Shown piece by piece: positions 1 to 13,177 of a stretch of DNA of 64,000 bases (positions are counted from its first letter, which is position 1; every line of letters begins with the position of its first letter). The stretch is from Octopus sinensis. Taxonomy: Eukaryota. The stretch covers positions 23,312,001 to 23,376,000 of the forward strand of contig NC_042997.1 of the NCBI RefSeq assembly GCF_006345805.1. The letters run 5' to 3'. The notes under the pieces were generated by a model. The model saw nothing but the letters and a program-made list of their open reading frames with translations, had not been told where the DNA came from and searched no databases. Both the position numbers and the translations under genes were made by a program.

Positions 1-155
1 TTTTGCAAACCAAAATGAAAAAAAAAAAATTTTCTGAAACCTATTTTGTTTCAGGGTAAAACTGGGAAAATTACAAACTGAGTAACTACAATTACACAAT
101 GAAATAACTATATTTTTATAAAAATTCCAATATATAACTGGTTTGGAAAACTCAC

Positions 156-217
156 CATGACACAAGAGGTCTGAATAACCAAAGGTTGGACAGTAAAACA
201 CGAGGTATGAAAGGCAA
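156..217 (-). CDS. PM20D1: PM20D1-like paralog A, coding exon 7 (62 nt); gene continues beyond the left edge
   Basis: TTTTAAACAG / GTGAG boundaries. Encodes LPFIPRVLLSNLWLFRPLVS(W); 57/62 nt identical to 63553-63614. Confidence 0.93.
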
Positions 218-1912
218 CTGTTTAAAATAAAATAAAAATAAAATGATAAAATTACATTAATCTTGATACATTCAATCACTAAATTTCACACTATTTATTT
301 ATCTTTTTATCAAGAGATTTATTTATTTTTATCTTTTTATCACAAGAGACTTTTTCCACAGCCTCTGAGAATGGTAGCAGGGAGGGAGAGAAGAAGGTAT
401 CCTCAAACCATAGATTTGGCCTGAATGCTTACATGAGGGTGGATGCTGCTAAAGTTAACCAGAGTAATACCTTCCTTTTGTACAGAAACATAAAATTAAT
501 ATATCGTCAATCTCTAAGTGGTGACCTAGCAGAATCATTGACATGCTGGGCAAAACGCTTAGTGGTATTTCATTTGTCTTTACACCCTCAGTTCAAATTC
601 TGCCGAGGTCAACTTTGCCTTTCATCCTACCAGGGTCAATAAAACAAGTACCATTGACTTACCCTATCCCCTGAAATTGCTGGACTTGTGCGAAAATTTG
701 AAACCAATACATTGTCAATATAAAACCATAATCATTATATTTAACTGATAGTTACTGTTAGTCTTGACATTTTGTTGCCTTAAAAGTCCTTTCTTTCATA
801 ATACACTAAAACAAAATTGTCACTGCTGAATAATTATGTCATTCATTGCAAAGCCATTAAAATAACCGGGTGCCACATAAAAAGCACCAAGAATACTCTG
901 TAAAGTGATTGGTGTCAGGAAAGGCATCCAGCTGTAGAAACCAAGTCAAAGCAGACTATGGAACCTGGTGCAGCCCTAACCTTGCCAGTTCCTGTCAAGC
1001 CATCCCACCCATGCTAGCATGGAAATGGATTATGCTGATGATTATAATGATTAACTAGTTAGTTAAGTTTAATGTCTATTTTACTATGATTTGAGAGCTG
1101 ACCAGATGTATAGTATTACTCCTTTATATTCATTTTCTGAAATCCTTTTTGAGTTGTTCAAATTCTTATGCTACTATACACTATATCAAACCAACAAACT
1201 AAATTCAATTTAGTTTTCATATAGAAGAAAATCTCTCTTCTATCAGTAAGGTTTATCAATTCTCTGTCTTTTAACCTAACTGTTATGATATTTTCTCAGT
1301 TAAATTGAATCACAAGACCTTTGTGTTTCTTTTTTCTGTTCTACATGCTATGTAAGTAGAATGCATAAATATCTTATATTATAATAGGGAGGGAAAAAAG
1401 GGGAGGAATCAAAATATACACCGCAATGTATTTTTAGAAGAGGAGGAGAAAATATTGTTGTTGGGAGAGAAATAATGTTTGTGTGTGCATGAGAGAATGT
1501 GTGTGACAGATAGATAGATAGATAGTGTTTCCACCATTGTCTGTCTCCACCACAAAATTTATTAGAGAGAAGGAGAAAGGGAGGAGAAGTTGTTGTTGAG
1601 AGAGAGAAAGAAGAAGAGAGAGAGACAGTGTGTGTGAAAGATAAATACATAGATAGGTTGGAACTGTCACCAGAGTAACTAACAAATTTTGGTTAACAAC
1701 ATGGGAATTTTAAATACAAGTCAATACAATGGAACACAAACTTCAAAAAATGATTATATGAATATATATGATATCATCATTATCATTGTTGTTAATGTCT
1801 GCCTTCCATGTTGGCATGGGTGGGATTCATTCATATATTTATTTTCATATGTGTGTCCATGTGTGTTTGTATGTCTTTCAACATATAGACAAGGAAACAG
1901 ATTTCAAAGAAG

Positions 1913-1950
<38 letters not shown>

Positions 1951-2338
1951 GAGGTATAATCTTCTTATCTTATCTTTTCTTATCTTATATTCTGTTCACC
2001 AAGAAAGTCAGTCTAAACATGATTCACACAATTTATGAATGTATATGCATGATTTGCAAATATTTTCATCTGGTTATTGAGTAACAGGTTTGAACTAGCT
2101 TTCTATAATTGTCATATTATGAGTGATAGAAATTGTGGTATATATCTCAGAGACCTTAATGTATTCATAGTTCCCAAAACTCATTTCCATTACTGGATGT
2201 AATACTTAGTTATGCTTATATATATATTAACTACAGTTCTCCCTTCTCATTCTGACACGTAAGAGAACTGGGAGCTTAAACCTTGTCAAAAAAAAAAAAA
2301 AATAGAGGAAGCAGCAAATAGAACCTTAAAAATCTTAC

Positions 2339-2414
2339 CTTGGGTGCAAGATGTTCAAAACTAGCTCTTTCTGCACCAGTACCAAACATATCGGGTTGTG
2401 GGTTTGATTCAATG
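2339..2414 (-). CDS. PM20D1: PM20D1-like paralog A, coding exon 6 (76 nt)
   Basis: TTTATAG / GTAAGA boundaries. Encodes (N)IESNPQPDMFGTGAERASFEHLAPK; phase fits both neighbours. Confidence 0.92.
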
Positions 2415-4029
2415 CTATAAACAATATTGTTTATATATATACAAAAAGCAAATTACTTTGAAATTAACAAATTGATATTAATATCAATAAAAGCAGAAAT
2501 ATTAAATTACTGGTATAAAGGCCTTACAGTATTTTGGGCATGTTCTTCCTGTATGTTTTGGTTATATAATAACAATGATGATGATATTGTTAATGGTAGT
2601 GGTGGTGATGATGATGATGATGGTAATGGTAGTGGTAAAGATGATGATAATGAGCTTATTGTATAATAGAATATTGATGAGCTTATGTGCATGTTACTGT
2701 GTTAAAATATGCAACTGACTTTAAGTTGTACTTTAAGATAAAAGGAACAGATGCTATATGCTATGTATAGATCTTTACTGTAATCTGACCTGGACATAAT
2801 ACAGTAACAGATTGCTGACTGGCAACTCAAGTTGGTCAGGCACTACTGTACATTTTAGGAGGAAAAACTTGGAATTTACCAACTTAAAAAGTTTGTTGGT
2901 GAATGTGACTGAGGCATTATTGACAATAGTGATCTGCGATGGATGAACATTTCTAAAATCATCAAAAATTAGTAATATTTACTGTTGTTAAGCACCAAAT
3001 CATGTATTATCAAAAAGATCTGCAATCAAAGGAGTTCCAGTAATGACTTTTTATATAGCTATGGCAATACTATCTAATGTGTCCTTTCTTTTTTAAGATG
3101 GTAGAATGCTTTTAAGAAAGATTTGGGTGTTCTTTCTAGCATATCATAAAGTTGTACAGAGGCTCCCTTGTTGGCTTGTATTTTTTTCTGCTGCACCCAT
3201 AAGTGGGCTACAATGTAAAATAATCTGTTTATAGCAATATGGACAGCTGGTTTAATTGGCATCAAATATTTTTGCCATAGTTACTTTGTGCAGTGACAAC
3301 AATGGAATATAAGCAATCAATTCTTCGGTTGGTTGAGCAACCCTCCCTCTACTTCTCATGCACTGATAAACATGACTGTATTGCTTATAGAATGTATAGT
3401 AGGGAAGACACTCTTTACTTTTCTCAGATAATCTTAAGTGTCAATGACATAAGAAAATGTACCCTGTCTAATCTGTGAAGTGATTGGTGATAGAAAGAGG
3501 ATTCATTTGTAAAAAAAAAAAATCATGCTAAAGAATGACAAATGCAACAAAGATGAGTAATTTTTGCTATTGTTCAATGTATGAAATGCAGTAACATATT
3601 GATAAGATGCTGTGTTGGGACAGACTTGTCCAAACCACATGGAAAAACAAATGTAAAATGATGAAGATAATGCTGCTGCTGATGATGGCGATGGTAGTCA
3701 TAATGGTGGTGACGGTAGTCATAATGGCGGTGATGCTGTTGTCATGGTGATAGTAGTGATTATAAATAACAATCAATTATGATTAACAAATCCAGGTCCA
3801 AGTATTATTAAAGTGGGGACGATTATGTATTGCCATCACACAATTCACAATAACAAAGCAGAGGAGGGACTAATAAAAGAATGTAATATGCATGCACGCA
3901 CACACACACAAACATCAAAACTATTTTCATACAAGGATGCCCCCCCCCTCCAACCTCATCATTTTGAAGGCTGTGGTTTAAAAATAAAATGGGGATTTTC
4001 CCCACAAATTTCTTTAAGAAAGGGATTTG

Positions 4030-4399
4030 GGATCTTTTCAATTTGAACAGCAGTTTTTTCTAGTGGTGTCATATGAAATTGTCACCCATAATTATGACCC
4101 TAGTATCGATCTGTTTTAGGGTTAGGATTAAGGGTGGGGGTGAAGGGTATCTTTTTTTCTTCACAAACGTAAATAAACCCAATCTGTTTCTTAAACGAGG
4201 GACATATTCATACAGCACAGAATGTTTTTACCTCAATGGACGTCACTGATTGGTTGAAATTGCAGAAAAAATAGAATTTTCTCAATAAAGCCAAGAGAAA
4301 AAGATGTTTTATACAGACATTCTACCAGTACACGAAGTTTAAAATTTTTTAGTTACCTAGAAATTATGTTAAAAACTGCTGTTCAAACCAAAAAGATCT
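4030..4399. mobile_element. MITE with TIRs and 8-bp TSD (hAT-like), inserted in an older foldback arm
   Basis: GGATCTTTT..TTGAACAGCAGTTTTT / AAAAACTGCTGTTCAA..AAAAGATCT. GGGATTTG flanks both sides (4022-4029 and 4400-4407). Confidence 0.75.
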
Positions 4400-5054
4400 G
4401 GGATTTGTATAAATTTTCATTGAAAGATACCCATTTACCTGAAAGTTATGAGAGAAAAAGGTCAGATCGTGTGAATTTTCCAAGACTCCTCTCTCCAACT
4501 CCTTGGAAAAATTATTTCCCATAAATCCCTATATACTTTGAAGCCACCACATCTAAGCGGTATTTGTAGAAAACTTTGTGAAAAATATCCATTTTTCTGA
4601 ATGTTATGAGGCAACAAAGTCGGGGCATATACATCTGTAGTAATGCCCTTTTATTTATACAATTTTTTCATTTCATGTTTATTTCATTCCTTGTTTGTAA
4701 TGTTCTCTCCCTCTCTCTCTCTCTCTCTCTCTTTCACACACACACAGACTGCAAAGATTACAGATGGGCTGCAGAAATGTAATCTCTATGTTGCTTTGAG
4801 GAGAAGGTAAAACTTGACAAATTGCTTCTCCCTCTATTGTTGGACTACCGTGATGTTTGTTTAAAAGAGAGAGATTATGACTGTGATAAAATAATGAAAG
4901 TAATATTTACTAAGCAAGTGAGCACTATTATACAAAGAAATAATTAAACATAAAATATAAAAATCATTAAAATTGGGTATCAAATGTAAAAATATTATCA
5001 AGGGGCAAGCAGAAAACCGCCCGGAGGGTGGTCTTTCTGCTAGTATATATATAT

Positions 5055-5960
5055 ATATATATCATCATCATCATTGTTTCATGTCCACTTTCCATGCTGG
5101 CATGGGTTGGACTGTTTGACTGACGACTGGCGAACCAGAAGGCTGCACCAGGCTCCAATCTGATCTGGCAAAGTTTCTACAGCTGGATGCCCTTCCTAAT
5201 GCAAACCACTCTAAGAGTGTATAGGGTGCTTTTACATGCCACTGGCATGAGGGCCAGTCAGTCAGTACTGGCAATGACCATGCTCAAAAGGGGTTTTGTA
5301 TGTGCCACATGCACGGGACCCAGTCCGGCGACACCGCAACAATGATGCTTGAATGTTGTTTTCACATGCCACCAGCACATGTGCCAGTAAGGTGACACTG
5401 GAAACAATCATGCTCAAATAGTACTTTTTACGTGCCACCAGCACGGGAGCCAGTCAGCGGCCCTGGCACCGATCACACTCAGATGGCGCTTTTCACATTC
5501 CACTAGTACAAGTGCCAATCAGGTGGTACTGTCATTGGCCACATCAGCGATTTTGTTTTCACTTGCCTCAACAGGTTTTTGCAAGCAAAGTTTATTGTCC
5601 AATGAATGAAGGGTATCATAAATGGGCTGGTTATACACCACTGGCATAGGCCACAGCATATCTCCAAAGGTCTCGGACACTAGTCATGACTGTTCGTACA
5701 TGTGTCATACAGACTACATTTTACTCTGAGCGAGAGGCCCTTTGTCACTAGCAGAGGTAAGAGCTCTCTGAACTTTGCCCAAGCTATTCTTATTCTAGCA
5801 GCTACACTTCCAGAGCATCCACTCCTGCTACTGACTTGGTCACCTAGATAATGGAAGCTATCAACTACTTGTAGCTTTTCTTCCTGGAATGTGACAGAAG
5901 CTGTTCTCTGCAGATTTTCAGTGTTCATTGCTCCTGAGCATTTGCCACATACAAAAACTA
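5055..5960 (-). mobile_element. 5'-truncated RTE LINE (RT C-terminus + 3' UTR + (GAT)n tail)
   Basis: LQVVDSFHYLGDQVSS..SVAARIRIAWAKFRELLPLLVTKGLSL in ORF 5680-5928. Family 3' end ...CCAACCCATGCCAGCATGGAAAGTGGACATGAAACAATGATGATG. Confidence 0.85.
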
Positions 5961-6539
5961 TCTTCCCAGTTAGCCTTCCTTTGATATTGCTGCACCTCTT
6001 ATGTGTTCCATAGCTTACACTGGGTACATCTTATGTAGTTTCTATGTACGCCTTTTCTACAGGGCCATCTTCCTGAAGGGATTTGTGGTTTGTCTGCCTT
6101 CCTACTAATTAAGACTTTGGTTTTAGCTAGGTTGACTCTAAGGCCCATTGATTCTAATTCTTTCTTCTACACCTGAAACTTCTCAAGTTCTGATAGTAGA
6201 AAAACAAAACAATAAATTGAAAAATCATAAATTCAATTTAAATATTTTATACAAATGACACATCCCATCAATTACAACTGTTTCTGCTTCATGAATAAAA
6301 TGAAGTTTTTCAAGAATAACCAAATCTATTTAAATATGTAATGATGCTTCATCAGATTAACTATTTGACAAAAAATATCAAATAAAAATATTTATAATTT
6401 CGAAATCTTTACAAAGGTGTTATGTGAACAAGCTTAATCACAAATAAGCAAATAATCTAACTGAAATTTTGTAAATTCATAACTTTAAATCTATAACTAT
6501 TCTGTTCTATAATCGGTTTATGCATACACATTATTTATA

Positions 6540-6960
6540 TCATCATCATCATTGTTTAATGTCTATTTTCCATACTAACATAGGTTGGGCGGTTTGACCG
6601 GGGTCTGGGAAGCCAGGAGGCTGCACCAGACTCCAGTCTGATCTGCCAGCCTTTCTACAGCTGGATACCCTTCCTAATGCCAACCACTCCATGAGTGTAG
6701 TGGATGCTTCTTATGTGCCACCGGCATGGAAGCCAGTCAAGGCGGCACTGGATGGTGCTTTATACGTGCCACCAGCATGGGTATCACAACTAAAATGTTC
6801 ATTTGATTTTTATTTTGATGTTGATGTACTTGACTCAATAGGTCTCCTCAAGCACAGCAGGTCGCCCTACAATCCAAAGTACATTTGAATGAGCTGGGGT
6901 TGGTTATGCGAAACTGGTGTAGGATACAGCCATGAACTCACTTAATTTGCCAGGTCTTCA
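6540..6960 (-). mobile_element. RTE-family 3' end (UTR + tail)
   Basis: (CAT)n followed by the conserved CTACAGCTGGATACCCTTCCTAATGCCAACCACTCC block. Confidence 0.8.
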
Positions 6961-7069
6961 CAGTCACTGGGTGAACCTTGCTCTGCCTCTTCTCTTGTTA
7001 GTGTTAAACCATGTGATCACTTCGTTGGTGTTGCACCACAGGAAAATGTTGGTGGCCCTCCTTATGTTG
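6960..7069 (-). mobile_element. Unique continuation of the PLE RT fragment downstream of the array
   Basis: ORF 6964-7224 continues NNIRRATNIFLWCNTNEVITWFN...RARFTQ*, then joins an RTE 3' end. Confidence 0.7.
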
Positions 7070-9368
7070 TTACTGATATTTCTCAATATGTGCTTGCTTG
7101 CCAGACCAATCTCAGATTTGGCTGGATTGATCAAGCAGCATTTAGGGTTTGAGGCAAAATTCTGTTTATGATCTTTTATGGTAATGAAGGCGATTCTTTT
7201 AGCTAGGATCTCTACCCTATCCACTATCTCTAGTTTGTTACCTAATTCTTTGGCTTCACTGTTGATGTCATTATGTGTGAGGGAAGTATGACTATAATTT
7301 TGTGTGACATTATTTTCTAGTGGTCTATTATAATCTAAGGTGTCTATCCTATATAAGTTTTGCAGTGCTTCTTTTAGATTTATGTTTTTTTACAAATGAT
7401 ATATATAATATAAAAGACTTTCTCACTTTTCTGCATGCCAAACTAATACACCTTACTGATATTTCTCAATATGTGCTTGCTTGCCAGACCAATCTCAGAT
7501 TTGGCTGGATTGATCAAGCAGCATTTAGGGTTTGAGGCAAAATTCTGTTTATGATCTTTTATGGTAATGAAGGCGATTCTTTTAGCTAGGATCTCTACCC
7601 TATCCACTATCTCTAGTTTGTTACCTAATTCTTTGGCTTCACTGTTGATGTCATTATGTGTGAGGGAAGTATGACTATAATTTTGTGTGACATTATTTTC
7701 TAGTGGTCTATTATAATCTAAGGTGTCTATCCTATATAAGTTTTGCAGTGCTTCTTTTAGATTTATGTTTTTTTACAAATGATATATATAATATAAAAGA
7801 CTTTCTCACTTTTCTGCATGCCAAACTAATACACCTTACTGATATTTCTCAATATGTGCTTGCTTGCCAGACCAATCTCAGATTTGGCTGGATTGATCAA
7901 GCAGCATTTAGGGTTTGAGGCAAAATTCTGTTTATGATCTTTTATGGTAATGAAGGCGATTCTTTTAGCTAGGATCTCTACCCTATCCACTATCTCTAGT
8001 TTGTTACCTAATTCTTTGGCTTCACTGTTGATGTCATTATGTGTGAGGGAAGTATGACTATAATTTTGTGTGACATTATTTTCTAGTGGTCTATTATAAT
8101 CTAAGGTGTCTATCCTATATAAGTTTTGCAGTGCTTCTTTTAGATTTATGTTTTTTTACAAATGATATATATAATATAAAAGACTTTCTCACTTTTCTGC
8201 ATGCCAAACTAATACACCTTACTGATATTTCTCAATATGTGCTTGCTTGCCAGACCAATCTCAGATTTGGCTGGATTGATCAAGCAGCATTTAGGGTTTG
8301 AGGCAAAATTCTGTTTATGATCTTTTATGGTAATGAAGGCGATTCTTTTAGCTAGGATCTCTACCCTATCCACTATCTCTAGTTTGTTACCTAATTCTTT
8401 GGCTTCACTGTTGATGTCATTATGTGTGAGGGAAGTATGACTATAATTTTGTGTGACATTATTTTCTAGTGGTCTATTATAATCTAAGGTGTCTATCCTA
8501 TATAAGTTTTGCAGTGCTTCTTTTAGATTTATGTTTTTTTACAAATGATATATATAATATAAAAGACTTTCTCACTTTTCTGCATGCCAAACTAATACAC
8601 CTTACTGATATTTCTCAATATGTGCTTGCTTGCCAGACCAATCTCAGATTTGGCTGGATTGATCAAGCAGCATTTAGGGTTTGAGGCAAAATTCTGTTTA
8701 TGATCTTTTATGGTAATGAAGGCGATTCTTTTAGCTAGGATCTCTACCCTATCCACTATCTCTAGTTTGTTACCTAATTCTTTGGCTTCACTGTTGATGT
8801 CATTATGTGTGAGGGAAGTATGACTATAATTTTGTGTGACATTATTTTCTAGTGGTCTATTATAATCTAAGGTGTCTATCCTATATAAGTTTTGCAGTGC
8901 TTCTTTTAGATTTATGTTTTTTTACAAATGATATATATAATATAAAAGACTTTCTCACTTTTCTGCATGCCAAACTAATACACCTTACTGATATTTCTCA
9001 ATATGTGCTTGCTTGCCAGACCAATCTCAGATTTGGCTGGATTGATCAAGCAGCATTTAGGGTTTGAGGCAAAATTCTGTTTATGATCTTTTATGGTAAT
9101 GAAGGCGATTCTTTTAGCTAGGATCTCTACCCTATCCACTATCTCTAGTTTGTTACCTAATTCTTTGGCTTCACTGTTGATGTCATTATGTGTGAGGGAA
9201 GTATGACTATAATTTTGTGTGACATTATTTTCTAGTGGTCTATTATAATCTAAGGTGTCTATCCTATATAAGTTTTGCAGTGCTTCTTTTAGATTTATGT
9301 TTTTTTACAAATGATATATATAATATAAAAGACTTTCTCACTTTTCTGCATGCCAAACTAATACACCT
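7070..9368 (-). repeat. Tandem array of 6.0 x 383 bp, derived from the N-terminal RT region of a Penelope-like element
   Basis: Units start at 7071, 7454, 7837, 8220, 8603 and 8986, with no differences seen by eye. Each unit's minus strand reads ...QNLYRIDTLDYNRPLENNVTQNY...DINSEAKELGNKLEIVDRVEILAKRIAFITIKDHKQNFASNPKCCLINPAKSEIGLASKHIL. Confidence 0.95.
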
Positions 9369-9977
9369 GCTTGTTGTTCATACACCTGTCTTCGTCTATT
9401 GTTTTTCTATAAATTTTAACTATACACCAGTCCAACCCATGCTAGCATGGAAAGCGGACGTTAAACGATGATGATGATGACAAGTGTAAGTCAAAAATTA
9501 TATGCACTCTTGTTTCTGTAATTTATCAAAACAAAAGCAGGGGTTAAATAATTACATTATTTTATCATTTTTCAACATAGTCACCTTGCTCTCTGATGCA
9601 CTTCTACTAGCAGTCCACAAGCTTGCATATTCTATCAGAGAAGGTTTTTCGGCTGGTCACACAAGCATTTATACACCACCTCCTGTGCTTCTTTGTCTGT
9701 AGTTAATCAATAACCTTATAATGAATGTTTGAGAGCTCAAAAAAAGGGACAGTCACAAGAGGCAAAATCTGAACAGCATGTAGGATGTACAATTCATCCA
9801 ACAGGCTTTTATGAAATTTCAATATACCCAGTTTTACTCACAAGTTTTAGATCAACTCAAAGCCATAGAATACAATATTTGTCCAAGATGCCATACAGTG
9901 GGGTTTCCTCAGGAACCTTGTACTTCTGAAGCAAACTTCTTCATCATTAAAACAAAGTATATATGTAAGTTACTTAC

Positions 9978-10097
9978 TTGCATATTGCAGCAGACAAAAT
10001 GCCAATGACAGATTCAGTTGGAGGAGCTGATGAGTGACCAGCTGTTCCATTGACAGAAAGTTTCACAGTTGCTTGACCCTTTTCAACAACACCAATC
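9978..10097 (-). CDS. PM20D1: PM20D1-like paralog A, coding exon 5 (120 nt)
   Basis: TTTTGTAG / GTAAGT boundaries. Encodes [39 protein letters not shown] (EKG and GHSS motifs). Confidence 0.95.
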
Positions 10098-10649
10098 CTA
10101 CAAAACCAAGTGAAAATATTCAATGATTAGATCAGAAAAAAAGCATATCTCTTGAAAATTCGATGTAAAGATTTGAAAATTTTTTTAAACAAGAACTCCA
10201 AAACTTGTAAAATTATATACATGCTTCCATGTACAGAATTTAACCACAAATGATTTGCTAAAGTTCTCAAATATATCCTGAAATGGTTGCAGTATCAGAT
10301 TAATTCCATATTTTGTTTTTATTTTTCACTGATTTCAGTCATTAGATTGCAGCCGTGAAGAATTTTAGTCGAACAACTTCAACCCCAAAACAAGATGTAT
10401 GCTCAGTCAAGTCAGATTGTATCAACTGGGTGAATCTTGAACAACAAGCAGGTGTATTAGTTTGGCGTGCAGAAAAGCAACTTACCACACAACCACTCGG
10501 AGGAATAGTATTAGTTATACTGTTCCATATTTGCGAATATTACTCTATTATAGGTCTGAGTTGTGTTTTGTAAAGGTTCAGGAATTCAAGCATTTGCAGT
10601 GATTTTGAAGGTTTTTATTTGCAAGTTATTTGTGATGAAATAGGGTAAG

Positions 10650-11650
10650 ATTGTTTTCTTAATATAAGCAGAGGTTGTGTTTTGGTACTGCTGAATAAGA
10701 TGAGGTTGTCATGTTCTCATCAGAGGATATCTTCTAGGTCTTGATTTACCAAACATTAGAGCACACTCATATCAATATAACATAGTTCACAGAGAACCCC
10801 TTAATGCATGCTGTGATAGTGTAAGCTGACGGGAACCTTCCATTTCAAGAGATGAGAAAAAGATGAAGCATAAAAATAAGCAACATAGAGAGAAAATTTT
10901 TAATATTGAACACAGTTGGAGGACTTGTAGATGTCAAGTGTAACTTTATTGCTTTCACTGAACTTCCTAAGAGGAGGAGTGACCATTGGTGACTTAGTGG
11001 AGTTGGTCCCAGTAGATCTAGTTCTCTAAAGCTGGATAGGAGATCACTGAAGATTGAGTGATATTCAAGTTTTTAGAGAGAATGATTGTTTTCATCATCT
11101 TTGAGATGTTGAAAGAGCAGCAGGTTGATATATTGTAGATGCAGAGAGGTTTCCCTTATTAAGCATTGGATGGACTATTATATATTTCCAAATATTGGGA
11201 TCCTTACAGAAAGACAAATATTGAAGGGTTTGGTGAGGACAGGGGTTAACATTTGAGGATAATGGCACTGATCATTGTCAGAAGGTTTGGCCTTATTGAT
11301 CTAATGTAACCAGAAGCATTTTTGCACTTGGTATAAGTTGGTGTTAGTGTGACAGGGGGAGAGGACAAAGAAAGATTTTGAGGAGTTTTACTGAGTGTGT
11401 GCATTGTAAAGTTGAAAGGAAAATGAGCAATAAATGTAATAAAAGTCTACAAGATTGTTGTTTAAGGAGACATTTAGATGGATGATGATGTTGAGGATTC
11501 CACAAGGTTGGTAATGATCTATTAATCTGAAGAATAAACTGTAATTTAGAAGATTAGAGGGCTTGAATGCTGTGCATTGCTCCAAAGCATATTTTACTTT
11601 TTGGATGAGTCTTGCATAAGTTGCTGTGGTGAGTAAAAGCAACATAGCTT
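10650..11650 (-). mobile_element. Highly decayed LINE RT region (CR1/Jockey-like)
   Basis: Degenerate WKYIIVHPMLNKGN.S...YQP..L and RxxRSTGxxL-like stretches. Many stops. Confidence 0.4.
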
Positions 11651-12156
11651 GTGGAGAGGGTAGGTTTTTACCATGTTTACAGGGTGTTTCTTTTTTTCAT
11701 TTGCTTGTATCGCTGTAGTACAATTGAATTATTTTGGGATTTGGTGCTATGTATTTTGGTTGAGTGAAGGATTAAAGGGATATATATAAGCAGACAGCTC
11801 CTGCTACCTGCTTTGCTATCTCAGATGAGCCAGGTGAAGTATATTTATTATCAGCAATAGAATAAAACTTGTAGATTTCCAACCAGTTAGCTGACTTAAT
11901 GTGCCATTGGGTTCTAGATTGTTGTGCAGTGTGGATGTGTGGTGGGAAGCCTTGTTTTGGTTGTGGTTGAACGAGCCAATAAGCATGAGTTTGACAATGA
12001 GAAAAAGATGAAATATGCCTGAGTTGTCTGCATGCAAATCACAAGTATGAACAGACAATGATACTATCTTTGAGAATAACAAATATTTAAAATATTTTGA
12101 GGTAACACACTACCTCAAAAATAGGTAAATAAAGAATGATTTGTAAATAAACTTAC

Positions 12157-12287
12157 ATAGCAACAGGCGGCAAACCTTTAAAAAAATCTTTGATTATCAT
12201 GAGACCTTCATCAAACAGAAACTCCAGTTTAACACCTCGTCTTTCAAGAGTCCGAGCTATATGAAATGCTCCATCATAACCTGAAAC
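12157..12287 (-). CDS. PM20D1: PM20D1-like paralog A, coding exon 4 (131 nt)
   Basis: CTATTTAG / GTAAGT boundaries. Encodes VSGYDGAFHIARTLERRGVKLEFLFDEGLMIIKDFFKGLPPVA(M) (DEG ligand motif); phase 2. Confidence 0.95.
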
Positions 12288-13090
12288 CTAAATAGTGAGA
12301 TGATCATAGAATTAATTAGTTTAAAAAAGAACACAGTAAAATAAAAAAAAAAAACAGATCATTATCATCTGATAAAGCCATGTCTTTTGTTGTTGTTTTT
12401 AGTGATTATGTTGTTGGACAATATATACCATAATGTTTATGAAAACAATATAGGCCACACTGTCATGTGCTTTTCAGAATAACTAAAATATATCTGTCTA
12501 TCTTCATCTTATTTACCTACAAAAGATATTTGGTAGAATACTGCACATAATCTAGTAAGGCTGAAGACATAAATCAGTGGTATCAAGGAACCCAATGTGT
12601 GCAACTTTAAATTGAAAACATTTCTATGTCGGCTTTTTTACTCAGACACATGGCCAAATATTGTATGGACGTAGCTGTAGTAAATTGAGTCAATTTCAGT
12701 ATATTACTGGTGCTTGTATAATTGGCCCAAGAAAAATTGAAGTGCACTCTGAATGTAGTAAGAGCTGAAATTTAGTCCAGAGTTGTGCTGTTTCTATATG
12801 AAGAATATTAGCCCTTCCATTACTGCACTTCTATTGAAATACACAACTTTTGTTTTAATTAATTTTCAAAATAACAAAGGATTTAGCGAAATAACTTTTC
12901 CCTTATTAAGCTGGTGTTTGCAACATAAATTAGCATGAAATTTTTATGGAAAATTTAAACTTAAATCACTTTAAAATGGAAAGTTTGTATCATGGAACCA
13001 AAGGCAATTTTGGGTGGGTTGGTATTAAAAGCTTAATTACTGAAGGGAATATTTTATACCTTTCATTTATCAATTAAGATAAATACACAC

Positions 13091-13177
13091 CTCTTCATCA
13101 TGTCCAAATGCAACAAAGAAAGATCTTTTAGGTTTAAAACCTGATTTCAGAGCATGCTCCAAAGCCTCCAGGATACC
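13091..13177 (-). CDS. PM20D1: PM20D1-like paralog A, coding exon 3 (87 nt)
   Basis: TTTTTCAG / GTGTGT boundaries. Encodes GILEALEHALKSGFKPKRSFFVAFGHDEE (catalytic GHDEE). Too short for the ORF track. Confidence 0.95.

Noticed and set aside
360-460. Conserved intron block as a cryptic exon or an editing-complementary sequence for the 62-nt exon
   Set aside because: No convincing in-frame PM20D1-like peptide, and only a 5-6 nt complementarity to the exon.
7320-9471. Six repeated 71-78 aa plus-strand ORFs (MVYYNLRCL...) as a tandem peptide gene family
   Set aside because: They are the antisense frame of the PLE RT-derived 383-bp unit and start at GTG. The homology is on the minus strand.
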